Origin: an uncultured Thermococci archaeon
GTDB taxonomy: Archaea; Methanobacteriota_B; Thermococci; Thermococcales; Thermococcaceae
Reading direction: 5' to 3'
Assembly (NCBI GenBank): GCA_964615185.1
Contig: CAZTOS010000021.1
Span: 1 to 30,537, forward strand
DNA: 30,537 nucleotides
The position numbers were made by a program, and so were the translations under genes. A model generated the notes under the pieces. It did no database searches. It was given only the letters and a program-made list of their open reading frames with translations, and was not told the origin of the DNA. This document shows positions 9,909 to 17,518 of the stretch, in pieces (positions within the stretch are counted from its first letter, which is position 1; each line of letters starts with the position of its first letter).

Positions 9909-9929
9909 ATACCTCGGACTTCGATGTAT
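9909..9929. promoter_or_regulatory. Imperfect palindrome, candidate PadR operator
   Basis: ATACcTCG-gactt-CGAtGTAT lies between a minus-strand TTTATAT TATA (~9946-9952) and the GGTGA RBS of the PadR-containing operon. Confidence 0.5.
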
Positions 9930-9987
9930 TATGGGAGCATTAGAAATATAAATCTTATGGTCAAAGCTTTTCCACAGAGGGGTTAAA

Positions 9988-11037
9988 GTGAATATCTTAC
10001 ACGAAATTCCTTTCCAAGAGATACTCCAAAAAATTAAAGAGTTAAATGCAAGAAAAGTGTTGGTTCAGACTCCAGAAGGGTTAAAGGGAGAAGCCCAAGC
10101 CTTGGTTGAATTTTTAGAGAGGAATGGAATTGAGGTAATAATAAGTGGTGATATAAATTATGGAGCTTGCGATTTAGCTGATAGAGAGGCTAAGATGCTC
10201 GGTTGCGATGTTTTGATTCATTTAGGTCATTCTTACATGCAACTCAACTTGGAAGTTCCAACTATATTTGTGCCAGCTTTTGCCAAGGTTGATGTTGTGA
10301 AAGCCCTTGAGAAAAACCTTGATGAAATTAAAAAGCTTGGCAAGAAAATTGCTCTTGTAACCACAGTTCAGCACATAAGGGATTTGGAGAGAGCAAAGCA
10401 GTTTTTAGAAGGGAAAGGCTTTCAAGTTTTCATTGGCAAAGGAGATAATAGGATTTCATTTGCTGGACAGATTTTGGGCTGCAACTTTACAGCGGCAAGG
10501 GTTGGAGAAGACGTTGATGGGATTTTATTCATTGGTGCTGGCTATTTTCATCCAATTGGTGTTGCTTTAGCTGCAAAAAAGCCAACTTTAGCTATCAATC
10601 CTTACACTGGAGACTTTGCTTGGATGGATAAAGAAGTCGAGAGGATTGTGAGAAAGAGATGGGGAATGATCGCTAATGCCTATGATGCCAAAAAATTTGG
10701 TGTAATAATAAGCATCAAGAAGGGACAGCTACGCTTAGGGGAAGCCAAAAGAATAATGGGGCTTTTAAAAGAGCACGGAAGAGAAGCACAGCTGATAGCA
10801 ATGAACTACATAAATCCAGAGGCTTTGGAGGGCTTTGATTTTGATGCCTACGTTGTCGTTGCCTGCCCTCGTGTACCAATAGACGATGCAGAGAGATGGA
10901 GAAAGCCCGTATTAACTCCTCCGGAAGTTGAACTATTGCTCGGCTTGAGAGAAGAGTATGAGTTTGATGAAATTCTTGGAGGCAAAAGAGAAAAAGATGA
11001 ACCTTTTGGAATAAGCTTAAAGCTTCCAAAGAGGTGA
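9988..11037 (+). CDS. dph2: Diphthamide biosynthesis enzyme Dph2
   Basis: VQTPEGL, YGACD, ILGCN and VACPR; three Fe-S cysteines. Confidence 0.95.
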   Translation: MNILHEIPFQEILQKIKELNARKVLVQTPEGLKGEAQALVEFLERNGIEVIISGDINYGACDLADREAKMLGCDVLIHLGHSYMQLNLEVPTIFVPAFAKVDVVKALEKNLDEIKKLGKKIALVTTVQHIRDLERAKQFLEGKGFQVFIGKGDNRISFAGQILGCNFTAARVGEDVDGILFIGAGYFHPIGVALAAKKPTLAINPYTGDFAWMDKEVERIVRKRWGMIANAYDAKKFGVIISIKKGQLRLGEAKRIMGLLKEHGREAQLIAMNYINPEALEGFDFDAYVVVACPRVPIDDAERWRKPVLTPPEVELLLGLREEYEFDEILGGKREKDEPFGISLKLPKR

Positions 11038-11041
11038 AACG

Positions 11042-11419
11042 ATGCTTCGCCTTGTATTGGACTTTATGCTTCACATTTTACTAATTTTCATGTACTACAG
11101 CTTCTTGAAGACTGCCATAGAGGTTTTCACGTATAAGAAGCCAAGAAAGCTTCTGCTCCTAACCATTTCAATATTTGGTGTTTTTATTTCTCTTTACATT
11201 GATATCTTCCTTGGCTTTTTCTTCCTCTTCATTATGCTGCTCATCACAGGCTTAAACTCAAAGGAAGCGATTGTATCAGCTTTAACAGCGGAGTTTGGTT
11301 TTATAGCGGCCCTTGTGGTTGTAATGTTCATCTTAACGACAATTGGCACAATGTATAACATTCCGGGCTTCAGGTTTGAGATGCGCTTTGAAGAGCTGCT
11401 CCGCTACATGAGGGGTTAG
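11042..11419 (+). CDS. Hypothetical membrane protein
   Basis: Hydrophobic ORF packed between dph2 and the methyltransferase, with GAGGTGA RBS. Confidence 0.7.
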   Translation: MLRLVLDFMLHILLIFMYYSFLKTAIEVFTYKKPRKLLLLTISIFGVFISLYIDIFLGFFFLFIMLLITGLNSKEAIVSALTAEFGFIAALVVVMFILTTIGTMYNIPGFRFEMRFEELLRYMRG

Positions 11420-11421
11420 CT

Positions 11422-12048
11422 ATGAAGAAGAAGCATCTTGCAATGCTCCTCTCAAGGCTCAAAGGGTTTGAAAGTCCTAAAGCAGAGCTGGAGCAGTACA
11501 GAACTCCGGGAAATGTTGCGGCTGAGCTTTTATGGTTGGCATATTCTTTGGATGACGTTGAAGGCAGAGTTATAGCTGATTTAGGCGCCGGCACGGGAGT
11601 TTTAAGTGTGGGGGCTTGTCTTTTGGGGGCAGAAAAGGTCTATGCCGTTGAAATAGATGAGAGTGCTTTGAGAATAGCAGAGGAAAATGTAAAGGCCTTG
11701 GGTGTGGAAAGTTGTGTTGAGTTGATTTTGTCCGATGTGAGCTTTTTTGATAAGCGAGTTGATACCGTCATCATGAATCCTCCATTTGGCTCTCAAAATC
11801 CAAAAGCAGACAGACCTTTTCTCCTCAAAGCTTTTGAAATAAGCAGAGTTGTCTATTCAATCCATCTGGCAAAGCCCGAAGTTAGGAAATTCATTGAGGA
11901 TTTTGTGAGGGATAATGGCTTTATAATAACACACCGACTAACAGTTGACTTTGAAATTCCGGCTCAGTTCTTCTTTCATCGAAAGAGGTTGGAGAGGATA
12001 AAGGTTGACATATACCGTTTTGAGAGGGCTCAGCCAACCGAGCGCTAA
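11422..12048 (+). CDS. METTL5-family SAM-dependent N6-adenine RNA methyltransferase
   Basis: LEQYRTP, DLGAGTG and NPPFG motifs. Confidence 0.9.
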   Translation: MKKKHLAMLLSRLKGFESPKAELEQYRTPGNVAAELLWLAYSLDDVEGRVIADLGAGTGVLSVGACLLGAEKVYAVEIDESALRIAEENVKALGVESCVELILSDVSFFDKRVDTVIMNPPFGSQNPKADRPFLLKAFEISRVVYSIHLAKPEVRKFIEDFVRDNGFIITHRLTVDFEIPAQFFFHRKRLERIKVDIYRFERAQPTER

Positions 12049-12082
12049 TCACCAGTCATCCAGTGCCGGTGTCATCATCGCA
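12027..12082 (-). ncRNA. C/D-box guide sRNA (antisense overlap with the methyltransferase 3' end)
   Basis: Minus strand: ATGATGA (box C, 12078-12072), CACCGGCACTGG, ATGA (D'), CTGGTGA (C'), TTAGCGCTCGGTTGG, CTGA (D, 12033-12030). Confidence 0.7.
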
Positions 12083-12160
12083 TACCTTATTCTCCACAAC
12101 ACATAATAGATGGCGATATTCTTATTAATTTCATTTAGGTATTACATTTTGGTGATTGTA

Positions 12161-12403
12161 ATGGTAACTGTTACAAGGAAATACCAAGTAACAATTCCCA
12201 AGGAGGTTAGGGAGGCACTCAATATAAAGGCTGGTGATGAGGTTGTCTTTGTCAGGACTAAGGAAGGGTATGTGATTATGAAATTTGAAGACCTTCTTGA
12301 AGAAATGACTGAGCTTTCAAAGGACATTGATGAGACCATTGAAGAGATGAGAGAAGGGCTTAGTAAAATTTTCAGGGGGAAAACAAATGAAGATAGTTCT
12401 TGA
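12161..12403 (+). CDS. AbrB/MazE/SpoVT-family antitoxin (VapB-type)
   Basis: VTRKYQVTIPKEVREALNIKAGDEV AbrB signature; GGTGA RBS before ATG 12161; overlaps the PIN gene. Confidence 0.9.
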   Translation: MVTVTRKYQVTIPKEVREALNIKAGDEVVFVRTKEGYVIMKFEDLLEEMTELSKDIDETIEEMREGLSKIFRGKTNEDSS

Positions 12404-12680
12404 CACAAACGTTCTTCATGACAAAGAATTCCTCAAATGGCTTAAGAAAAGTCCCCACGAGCCTATACTGAGTGCAGTGGCGTATACAGAATACCTTTAT
12501 CATCATTCAAAAAAGCGTGGTAGTTATGAGGAAGGTAAAGCCTATGTTGATGCTTTTCTTAATGTCTTGGGAATAAGAGTTTATCCATTTGATGATGAGT
12601 GTGCCAAGATTGTTGTGAAAAATGCTTGGGATTTTTCAAAAAACGCAAGAGACTACATGATAGGGGTCATTCCTACGTGA
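12387..12680 (+). pseudogene. vapC: VapC PIN-domain toxin, 3'-truncated by the mobile element
   Basis: IVLDTNVL...AYTEY...RDYMIG, then the frame runs into element DNA (VIPT*). The final PIN strand with the T-x-D motif is missing. Confidence 0.8.
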
Positions 12681-12862
12681 GTTTTCGTGAGTTCACGTAG
12701 AGATTCATCCCCCGGGATTCTGCGGGTGCCCAGACTTAGACCGTCCTGCCCACTCTCCTTCTCTTTCAGCCCACTACGGCGGAACGGGTCGCCCGAACAC
12801 CCGCAGGGTTCAGCCAGCCCTCCACCTCGCCTAGCTCACCGACTTCACCAGACTGGCATCAC
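12645..12862 (-). ncRNA. Candidate TnpB omegaRNA transcribed divergently from tnpB; the last ~19 nt (host flank) would be the guide
   Basis: GC-rich non-coding tract with nested stems; several extend through G-U pairs on the minus strand. TTAAATA TATA at 12895-12889; reads out through the element end. Confidence 0.55.
12677..12692 (+). repeat. Left subterminal repeat GTGAGTTTTCGTGAGT (two GTGAGT units, 10-bp period)
   Basis: Exact reverse complement of 14073-14088. Confidence 0.9.
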
Positions 12863-12872
12863 AACCAAAAAC

Positions 12873-12898
12873 TATTTAAGTAAACAAGTATTTAAGTA
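12873..12898. promoter_or_regulatory. Back-to-back TATA elements / TATTTAAGTA direct repeat, candidate RHH operator
   Basis: TATTTAAGTA at 12873-12882 and 12889-12898; TATA-like on both strands, between the RNA and the RHH gene. Confidence 0.55.
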
Positions 12899-12912
12899 TT
12901 TTGGTGAATACA

Positions 12913-13074
12913 ATGGGAGTCATAACTGTAAAAATCCCTGATGATTTGGAAGTCAAATTCAGAAAGAAAATCCTCGACGTTTACGGTGTCAAAAAAGGAG
13001 CCCTCGGAAAAGCCATAACGGAGGCAATTGAATTATGGCTCGAAAAACACGAAAAATCCGAAGAGCGGAAGTGA
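12913..13074 (+). CDS. Ribbon-helix-helix (CopG/MetJ-like) protein, 53 aa; absent from the ORF track
   Basis: [61 protein letters not shown] at 12903-12907; its stop overlaps the tnpB GTG start (GTGA). Confidence 0.82.
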   Translation: MGVITVKIPDDLEVKFRKKILDVYGVKKGALGKAITEAIELWLEKHEKSEERK

Positions 13075-14111
13075 ATTACATCACCATTAAAACAAGGCTC
13101 GAACCGGAAACACAGGAGGATTACTTGAAACTTGCCCTTTTGACTGAGAGGTTCAAAAAAGCCACCAAACTGGCGATAAGGCTTCAACTCAAGGGCGTTA
13201 GGAAGATTGAGGGCGTAAGGGAAGTTTCCCGACTGGTTCTAAACAACTGGTGGTATTCTGATAGTGCGTGGGATTATGCGAAAATGCTGTTAAAAGGAGC
13301 AAGGCAAAACGGTGGGAATCCAAGGCACATTCACTTGAAGTCAAAATTCCTCATCAGCAAACCAAAGGAGAACGAAAATGGGAATAGGAACGTGAGGATT
13401 GAAGGGTTAAGCGTCAGAATACGCTCAAATAGGGAGTGGTTGAAATTTAAGTTAAGAACTGCAGAGAAGTTCCTTCCAGTTATCTTCGACGCTCAAAAGT
13501 TCAAATACGGTGCCCAAGTTGTTCTGCGGAATGGAAAAGTTTACCTGCACATCCAAGTGCCCTTTGAGATTTATCTGAAACGTCTCGGAAAGACCACCAA
13601 GGGTGGGCTGTATGCCGGTTTCGACCTGAACTCCGACAGGGTGAATATGGTCATTCTCGACGGTAACGGTATTATCAGGGACGTCAAGATCGAACACTTC
13701 TCCGAAGTCAATTCTCCGGGGTTCCCAAAGGAGAAGGCGAGGGGTTTGAGGTTGATGGCCATCGCCCGCCTACTGGATTATGCCTACCACCACGGCGTGA
13801 GGGTCGTGTTTTTCGAGGATTTGAGCTGGATTAAAAGGAAAAACGGGAAGATTACAAATTCAAAGAGGGGAAATCGGAAGGCGTCGAATTTCGCCAAGAG
13901 AGAGCTCCTTGAACACGGGGTTGTTATGGCATTGAAGAGAGGATTCGACGTGTATCTGGTTAACCCGTCCGGGTCTTCGAAATTGGGGAAGGAACTGGCT
14001 CAAGGACTGGGATTGGATATTCACACCGCATCGGCGTTCGTTATCGGATGGTGGGGCGTTAATTCCCTGAAGACTCACGAAAACTCACAAAAAGAGGAAC
14101 AGTTTGGGTAG
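13071..14111 (+). CDS. tnpB: TnpB-family RNA-guided RuvC protein lacking the Zn finger
   Basis: RuvC-I AGFDLN, Ruv[16 protein letters not shown] and RuvC-III-like [11 protein letters not shown]. Likely GTG start at 13071; an in-frame ATG exists at 13035. Confidence 0.85.
   Translation: MNYITIKTRLEPETQEDYLKLALLTERFKKATKLAIRLQLKGVRKIEGVREVSRLVLNNWWYSDSAWDYAKMLLKGARQNGGNPRHIHLKSKFLISKPKENENGNRNVRIEGLSVRIRSNREWLKFKLRTAEKFLPVIFDAQKFKYGAQVVLRNGKVYLHIQVPFEIYLKRLGKTTKGGLYAGFDLNSDRVNMVILDGNGIIRDVKIEHFSEVNSPGFPKEKARGLRLMAIARLLDYAYHHGVRVVFFEDLSWIKRKNGKITNSKRGNRKASNFAKRELLEHGVVMALKRGFDVYLVNPSGSSKLGKELAQGLGLDIHTASAFVIGWWGVNSLKTHENSQKEEQFG
14073..14088 (+). repeat. Right subterminal repeat ACTCACGAAAACTCAC
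   Basis: Exact reverse complement of 12677-12692; lies within the tnpB 3' end. Confidence 0.9.
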
Positions 14112-14449
14112 GCGGCATGGTGACGCTCAAGAAGGAGAAGAACATCTTAGCCTTAGCCGCCGTTCCGGTTGCGACTCCCCTTATAGCAGGGCTTGCTGCA
14201 ATAACAACTGCAATCACCCTGACAGCGGAGTATGGGATAAAGGTCTCCGCCTCAGCTATCTTGATAGCGATTCTGCTAACTGCTCTGCTGATGTTTGTAA
14301 CGCTCTACATGATTGAGAACATTAAGAAAACGACTTTAGGTGTCTTTATTAGGATAATTGGTCTCTTCACGATGGCAATTGGTGCACAAATGATGGTTGA
14401 AGGTGTTGGTGGAATTTTCCTTAGACTGCTCCAAAGCTCATCTGCCTGA
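14111..14449 (+). pseudogene. marC: MarC-family membrane protein, 5'-truncated (C-terminal half only)
   Basis: [16 protein letters not shown]...[18 protein letters not shown]arC C-terminal motifs. The N-terminal half is absent, and the conserved AGP reads AGL. Confidence 0.78.
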
Positions 14450-14501
14450 AGCAAATAACTTTTAAGGTTTTTTGCATTCTTAATGGCAGGAAGGTGGTAA
14501 A

Positions 14502-15815
14502 ATGGTAAAGGAGAGAATTGAGAGGGTAAAAGGAACGAGAGATTTGCTTCCAGAGGACATGACTAAAAGGAGATGGGTGTTTGAGAGAATAAGAGAGGTC
14601 TTTGAGGTTTATGGCTTTAAAGAAGTCCTCACGCCAACCTTTGAGTACACCAAGCTCTTTCAGCTTAGGAGCGGTGAGGAAGTAGTAAAGCAGCTTTATG
14701 CTTTTAAGGATAAGGGTGGGAGAGACATCTCTCTGAGACCAGATTTGACATCAAGCGTCGCAAGGCTCTTTGTGAACAAGTTCCAGAACGCTCCAAAACC
14801 CGTGAAGTGGTACTACATAACAAACATGTTCCGTTACGAGGAGCCACAGAGCGGCCGCTTGAGGGAGTTCTGGCAAGCTGGTGTTGAGCTGATAGGTTCA
14901 GCGAACATCGAGGCTGATGCTGAGGTAATAGCCCTAATGATTGAGAGCTATCTTGCAACGGGTCTCAAAGACTTTACAGTTAATATAGGTGACAGAGTTC
15001 TCTTAGATGAGTTTGCTAAAATGTTAGGCGTTGAAGATGATGTTGGATTGATGAGATTGATTGATAAGAAGGACAAGATGAGCAGAGAAGATTTTATCGC
15101 TTCACTCAAGGACTTTGGACTGAGCGATGATGCCGTTGAAAAGGTTCTCTTTTTGATTGGGCTTAAAGGAAAGCCTGACGAGATTTTGCCAAAGGCTTAT
15201 GAGCTTTTCAAGAGTGATAAGGCTAAAGAAGAGCTGAAAAAAATTGAGGAATTATTTGAGCTTTTGAAGGCTTATGGCGTTTATGATTACGCTTTAATCG
15301 ACTTTGGAATCGCGAGAGGCTTTGACTACTACACGAGCATTGTGTTTGAGGCAATAGCTCCCAACGATCTCGGCATAGGTTCCATCGGGGGCGGCGGTAG
15401 GTATGACAACTTAGTAGAGGTCTTCGGTGGAAAGCCAACACCAGCCACAGGCTTCGCTATTGGAATTGAAAGGTTAATCCCAATCTTAGAAAGTAAAGGA
15501 CTTTTGCCCAGCTTTAGATTAAGTCCAGATGTTTTTGTGGTCTACATTGGAAAGGAGTCTGAAGTCAGGACTAAGGCGATAGAGATAACCCAAGCCCTTA
15601 GGAAAGCTGGAATAAAGGCGGAGTATGACTTGCAGGGTAGAAAACTCAGGAAAGCTTTGGAGTATGCTGATAAGCATGAAATACCCGTTGTTGTGATACT
15701 TGGAAAGAGGGATTTGGCTGAAGGAAAAGCCACGATTAGGGATATGGCAACTGGAGAACAGAAGAGCGTTGCAATTGAAAAGATAGTTGAGGAAGTTAAG
15801 GAAATGCTTGGGTGA
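14502..15815 (+). CDS. hisS: Histidyl-tRNA synthetase
   Basis: KGTRD, LRPDLT, FRYEEPQSGRLREFWQ, RGFDYYT and GGGRYD motifs; C-terminal anticodon-binding domain. Confidence 0.98.
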   Translation: MVKERIERVKGTRDLLPEDMTKRRWVFERIREVFEVYGFKEVLTPTFEYTKLFQLRSGEEVVKQLYAFKDKGGRDISLRPDLTSSVARLFVNKFQNAPKPVKWYYITNMFRYEEPQSGRLREFWQAGVELIGSANIEADAEVIALMIESYLATGLKDFTVNIGDRVLLDEFAKMLGVEDDVGLMRLIDKKDKMSREDFIASLKDFGLSDDAVEKVLFLIGLKGKPDEILPKAYELFKSDKAKEELKKIEELFELLKAYGVYDYALIDFGIARGFDYYTSIVFEAIAPNDLGIGSIGGGGRYDNLVEVFGGKPTPATGFAIGIERLIPILESKGLLPSFRLSPDVFVVYIGKESEVRTKAIEITQALRKAGIKAEYDLQGRKLRKALEYADKHEIPVVVILGKRDLAEGKATIRDMATGEQKSVAIEKIVEEVKEMLG

Positions 15816-15864
15816 TGAGTAAACCCGTTGCTGAGTGGTGATGAGAGGACTGACTATCTGACTT
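15809..15864 (+). ncRNA. C/D-box guide sRNA overlapping the hisS stop codon
   Basis: GTGATGA (C, 15812-15818), GTAAACCCGTTG, CTGA (D', 15831-15834), GTGATGA (C', 15838-15844), GAGGACTGACTAT, CTGA (D, 15858-15861). Confidence 0.88.
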
Positions 15865-15896
15865 TAAACCTTTCTTCTAATTTTTATTTCTAGCCA

Positions 15897-17015
15897 TCAA
15901 GAAATAAATTGGTCAAGATTCATTTGTTTGGATCCAGCCCTTTCTTTAATGTGGACTGTTAGAAGTTCGATTCCAAGCTTTGAACATATTTTCCTTGCTT
16001 TATTTAGGGCTGATGGGGAAATATCAGGAACTGCAAGGTATAATTTGTCAATTTCATACGCCTTCTGATAATTAATGAGCTGTTCTATTATTTTCTCTTC
16101 ATTGGTTCTGAGAATGCCAATATGTGTTTTAACTTCAATTCCAATTATTTCATTATCTCTCCAAGCAACTATGTCAATTCTGCGAATCTTCCTTATATTT
16201 TTTGGAAGATAAATTTTGTCAGAACGAGCAAATGGGTGGCTATACTGGGCTGATAGGCTTAAGTAGCTTTCTTCAACGCTTTTTGGTGGAAACTCAAAAG
16301 CAATATTGAAATTATTTTGAAGAAAGTCTAATGCGACTATTCCTCTTACATAATCATGTAAGGTATTACTGCTTATTTTTGAAATTGGCTGGTTCAGAAG
16401 CTTTTTGACTTGCTTTGAATCCGTACATGGATTCTTTAGAGCTTTGCTAAGTTCAATAATTTCTCCACTTTCAACACTTCCGAGATAACGACCTACATAT
16501 TTGGATGCAATTACTGAGAGTTTTATAATTTTCCTGTCTTCTAATATATTCCCTAAATAATGTGAAAAGTAAAAATAGAAGCTTTTTTGAGCATTTGAGA
16601 TCTCGGTTTCAAATCTATCAGCAATATCTAAATTTTCATAGGTTCTTGGAGCAACTTCAATTATAAAGTCGCCAACAAGTAGATAGGTAAATAGTTGATC
16701 AAATGTTTTGAAAAGTTTTGATTTTGTCTCAATAAAAACTAAATCCTCATTATGTATAAACGCAATATCAACAACTTTGGTAGTATTTTGAGTTTTTACT
16801 GGAACTTCAGGAATTGCATTAATTCCTTGTTCCCAAAGAGCAAGAAGCATAGAGAACTTTATGTTGGCTTCATGCATGTGCCTATCAATAACTGGCTGTC
16901 CATGATATGAGGAAGTTTTAAGAAAAGTCATTAAAGCTTTTGGAGGTAATGTATGCCACAGCTGGGTTATTCTCCCAATCCCAATATCTATAAGACTAAA
17001 CTCAGAGGTATTCAT
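15897..17015 (-). CDS. Hypothetical protein with two PD-(D/E)xK nuclease domains and a C-terminal PIP-box-like motif
   Basis: Domain 1 PEVP..VDIAF..FIETKS; domain 2 FEFP..IDIVAW..GIEVKT..EQLINY; ends KQMNLDQFIS. GGAGGTGA RBS before ATG 17015. Confidence 0.7.
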   Translation of the reverse strand: MNTSEFSLIDIGIGRITQLWHTLPPKALMTFLKTSSYHGQPVIDRHMHEANIKFSMLLALWEQGINAIPEVPVKTQNTTKVVDIAFIHNEDLVFIETKSKLFKTFDQLFTYLLVGDFIIEVAPRTYENLDIADRFETEISNAQKSFYFYFSHYLGNILEDRKIIKLSVIASKYVGRYLGSVESGEIIELSKALKNPCTDSKQVKKLLNQPISKISSNTLHDYVRGIVALDFLQNNFNIAFEFPPKSVEESYLSLSAQYSHPFARSDKIYLPKNIRKIRRIDIVAWRDNEIIGIEVKTHIGILRTNEEKIIEQLINYQKAYEIDKLYLAVPDISPSALNKARKICSKLGIELLTVHIKERAGSKQMNLDQFIS

Positions 17016-17120
17016 AGGCTTCACCTCCAACAGATGTTCACACTTCTTTGAGTATTAAGAAATACTACCCAAAAACATTTAATATTTGCGTTCTTTGAAT
17101 TTTAATATGAGGTGAGTTTT

Positions 17121-17501
17121 ATGCTCACTAAGAAGAAAGTTCCAACAAGAAAGCCCTCTCAACTTCCTACTTTAGTAATTTCTAATATTGGTCCAGAAAA
17201 ATTTACTGTCATACTTATCGGAGCATTAGAACAAAAGGAATACAAATACGCTTATGCGTTGATAGTAGATAAAAACAAAGAAATAATCTCAGCACAAGAG
17301 ATACTATTAAGAAAAGACCCTATTTATGTGACTTACGATGTTATTGAGAAGAGTAGGGTGATTGGGCTGATAGAAGAAATTGATGAGTTATATCCAGAAT
17401 TGGGATTTGGTTATGGGATTAATATTGATAATCCAGACTTTTCAGAACCTGGAGAAATTGAATTAGACTCTCCATACGTATATAAAATTCAAAAATCCTG
17501 A
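17121..17501 (+). CDS. Hypothetical protein (126 aa)
   Basis: GAGGTGA RBS before ATG 17121; AT-rich; no recognisable motif. Confidence 0.6.
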   Translation: MLTKKKVPTRKPSQLPTLVISNIGPEKFTVILIGALEQKEYKYAYALIVDKNKEIISAQEILLRKDPIYVTYDVIEKSRVIGLIEEIDELYPELGFGYGINIDNPDFSEPGEIELDSPYVYKIQKS

Positions 17502-17518
17502 ATCACAGTGGGATTGAA

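Larger units (their letters stand above)
12665..14112 (+). mobile_element. Non-autonomous TnpB-carrying IS (IS607-like ends, no TnpA) with RHH gene and divergent structured RNA
   Basis: Host genes break at GG dinucleotides on both sides (ataGG|ggtc and gggtaGG|cggc). There is a 16-bp subterminal inverted repeat, the element is GC-richer than its flanks, and it encodes RHH and TnpB only. Boundaries uncertain by a few bp. Confidence 0.75.

Noticed and set aside
10715..11074. Antisense 119-aa ORF, and other 60-120 aa shadow ORFs inside dph2, hisS, alaS and elp3
   Set aside because: Almost entirely overlapped by well-supported genes on the other strand or frame; no motifs or RBS.
12687..12941. 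84-aa plus-strand ORF (MSSRRDSSPG...)
   Set aside because: Pro/Ser/Arg-rich translation of a GC-rich structured tract, with no RBS, overlapping the real RHH gene out of frame.
14040..14135. Conventional right-end omegaRNA overlapping the tnpB 3' end
   Set aside because: No strong GC-rich stems seen here, compared with the left end, and the stop codon abuts the junction. Disfavoured but not formally excluded.
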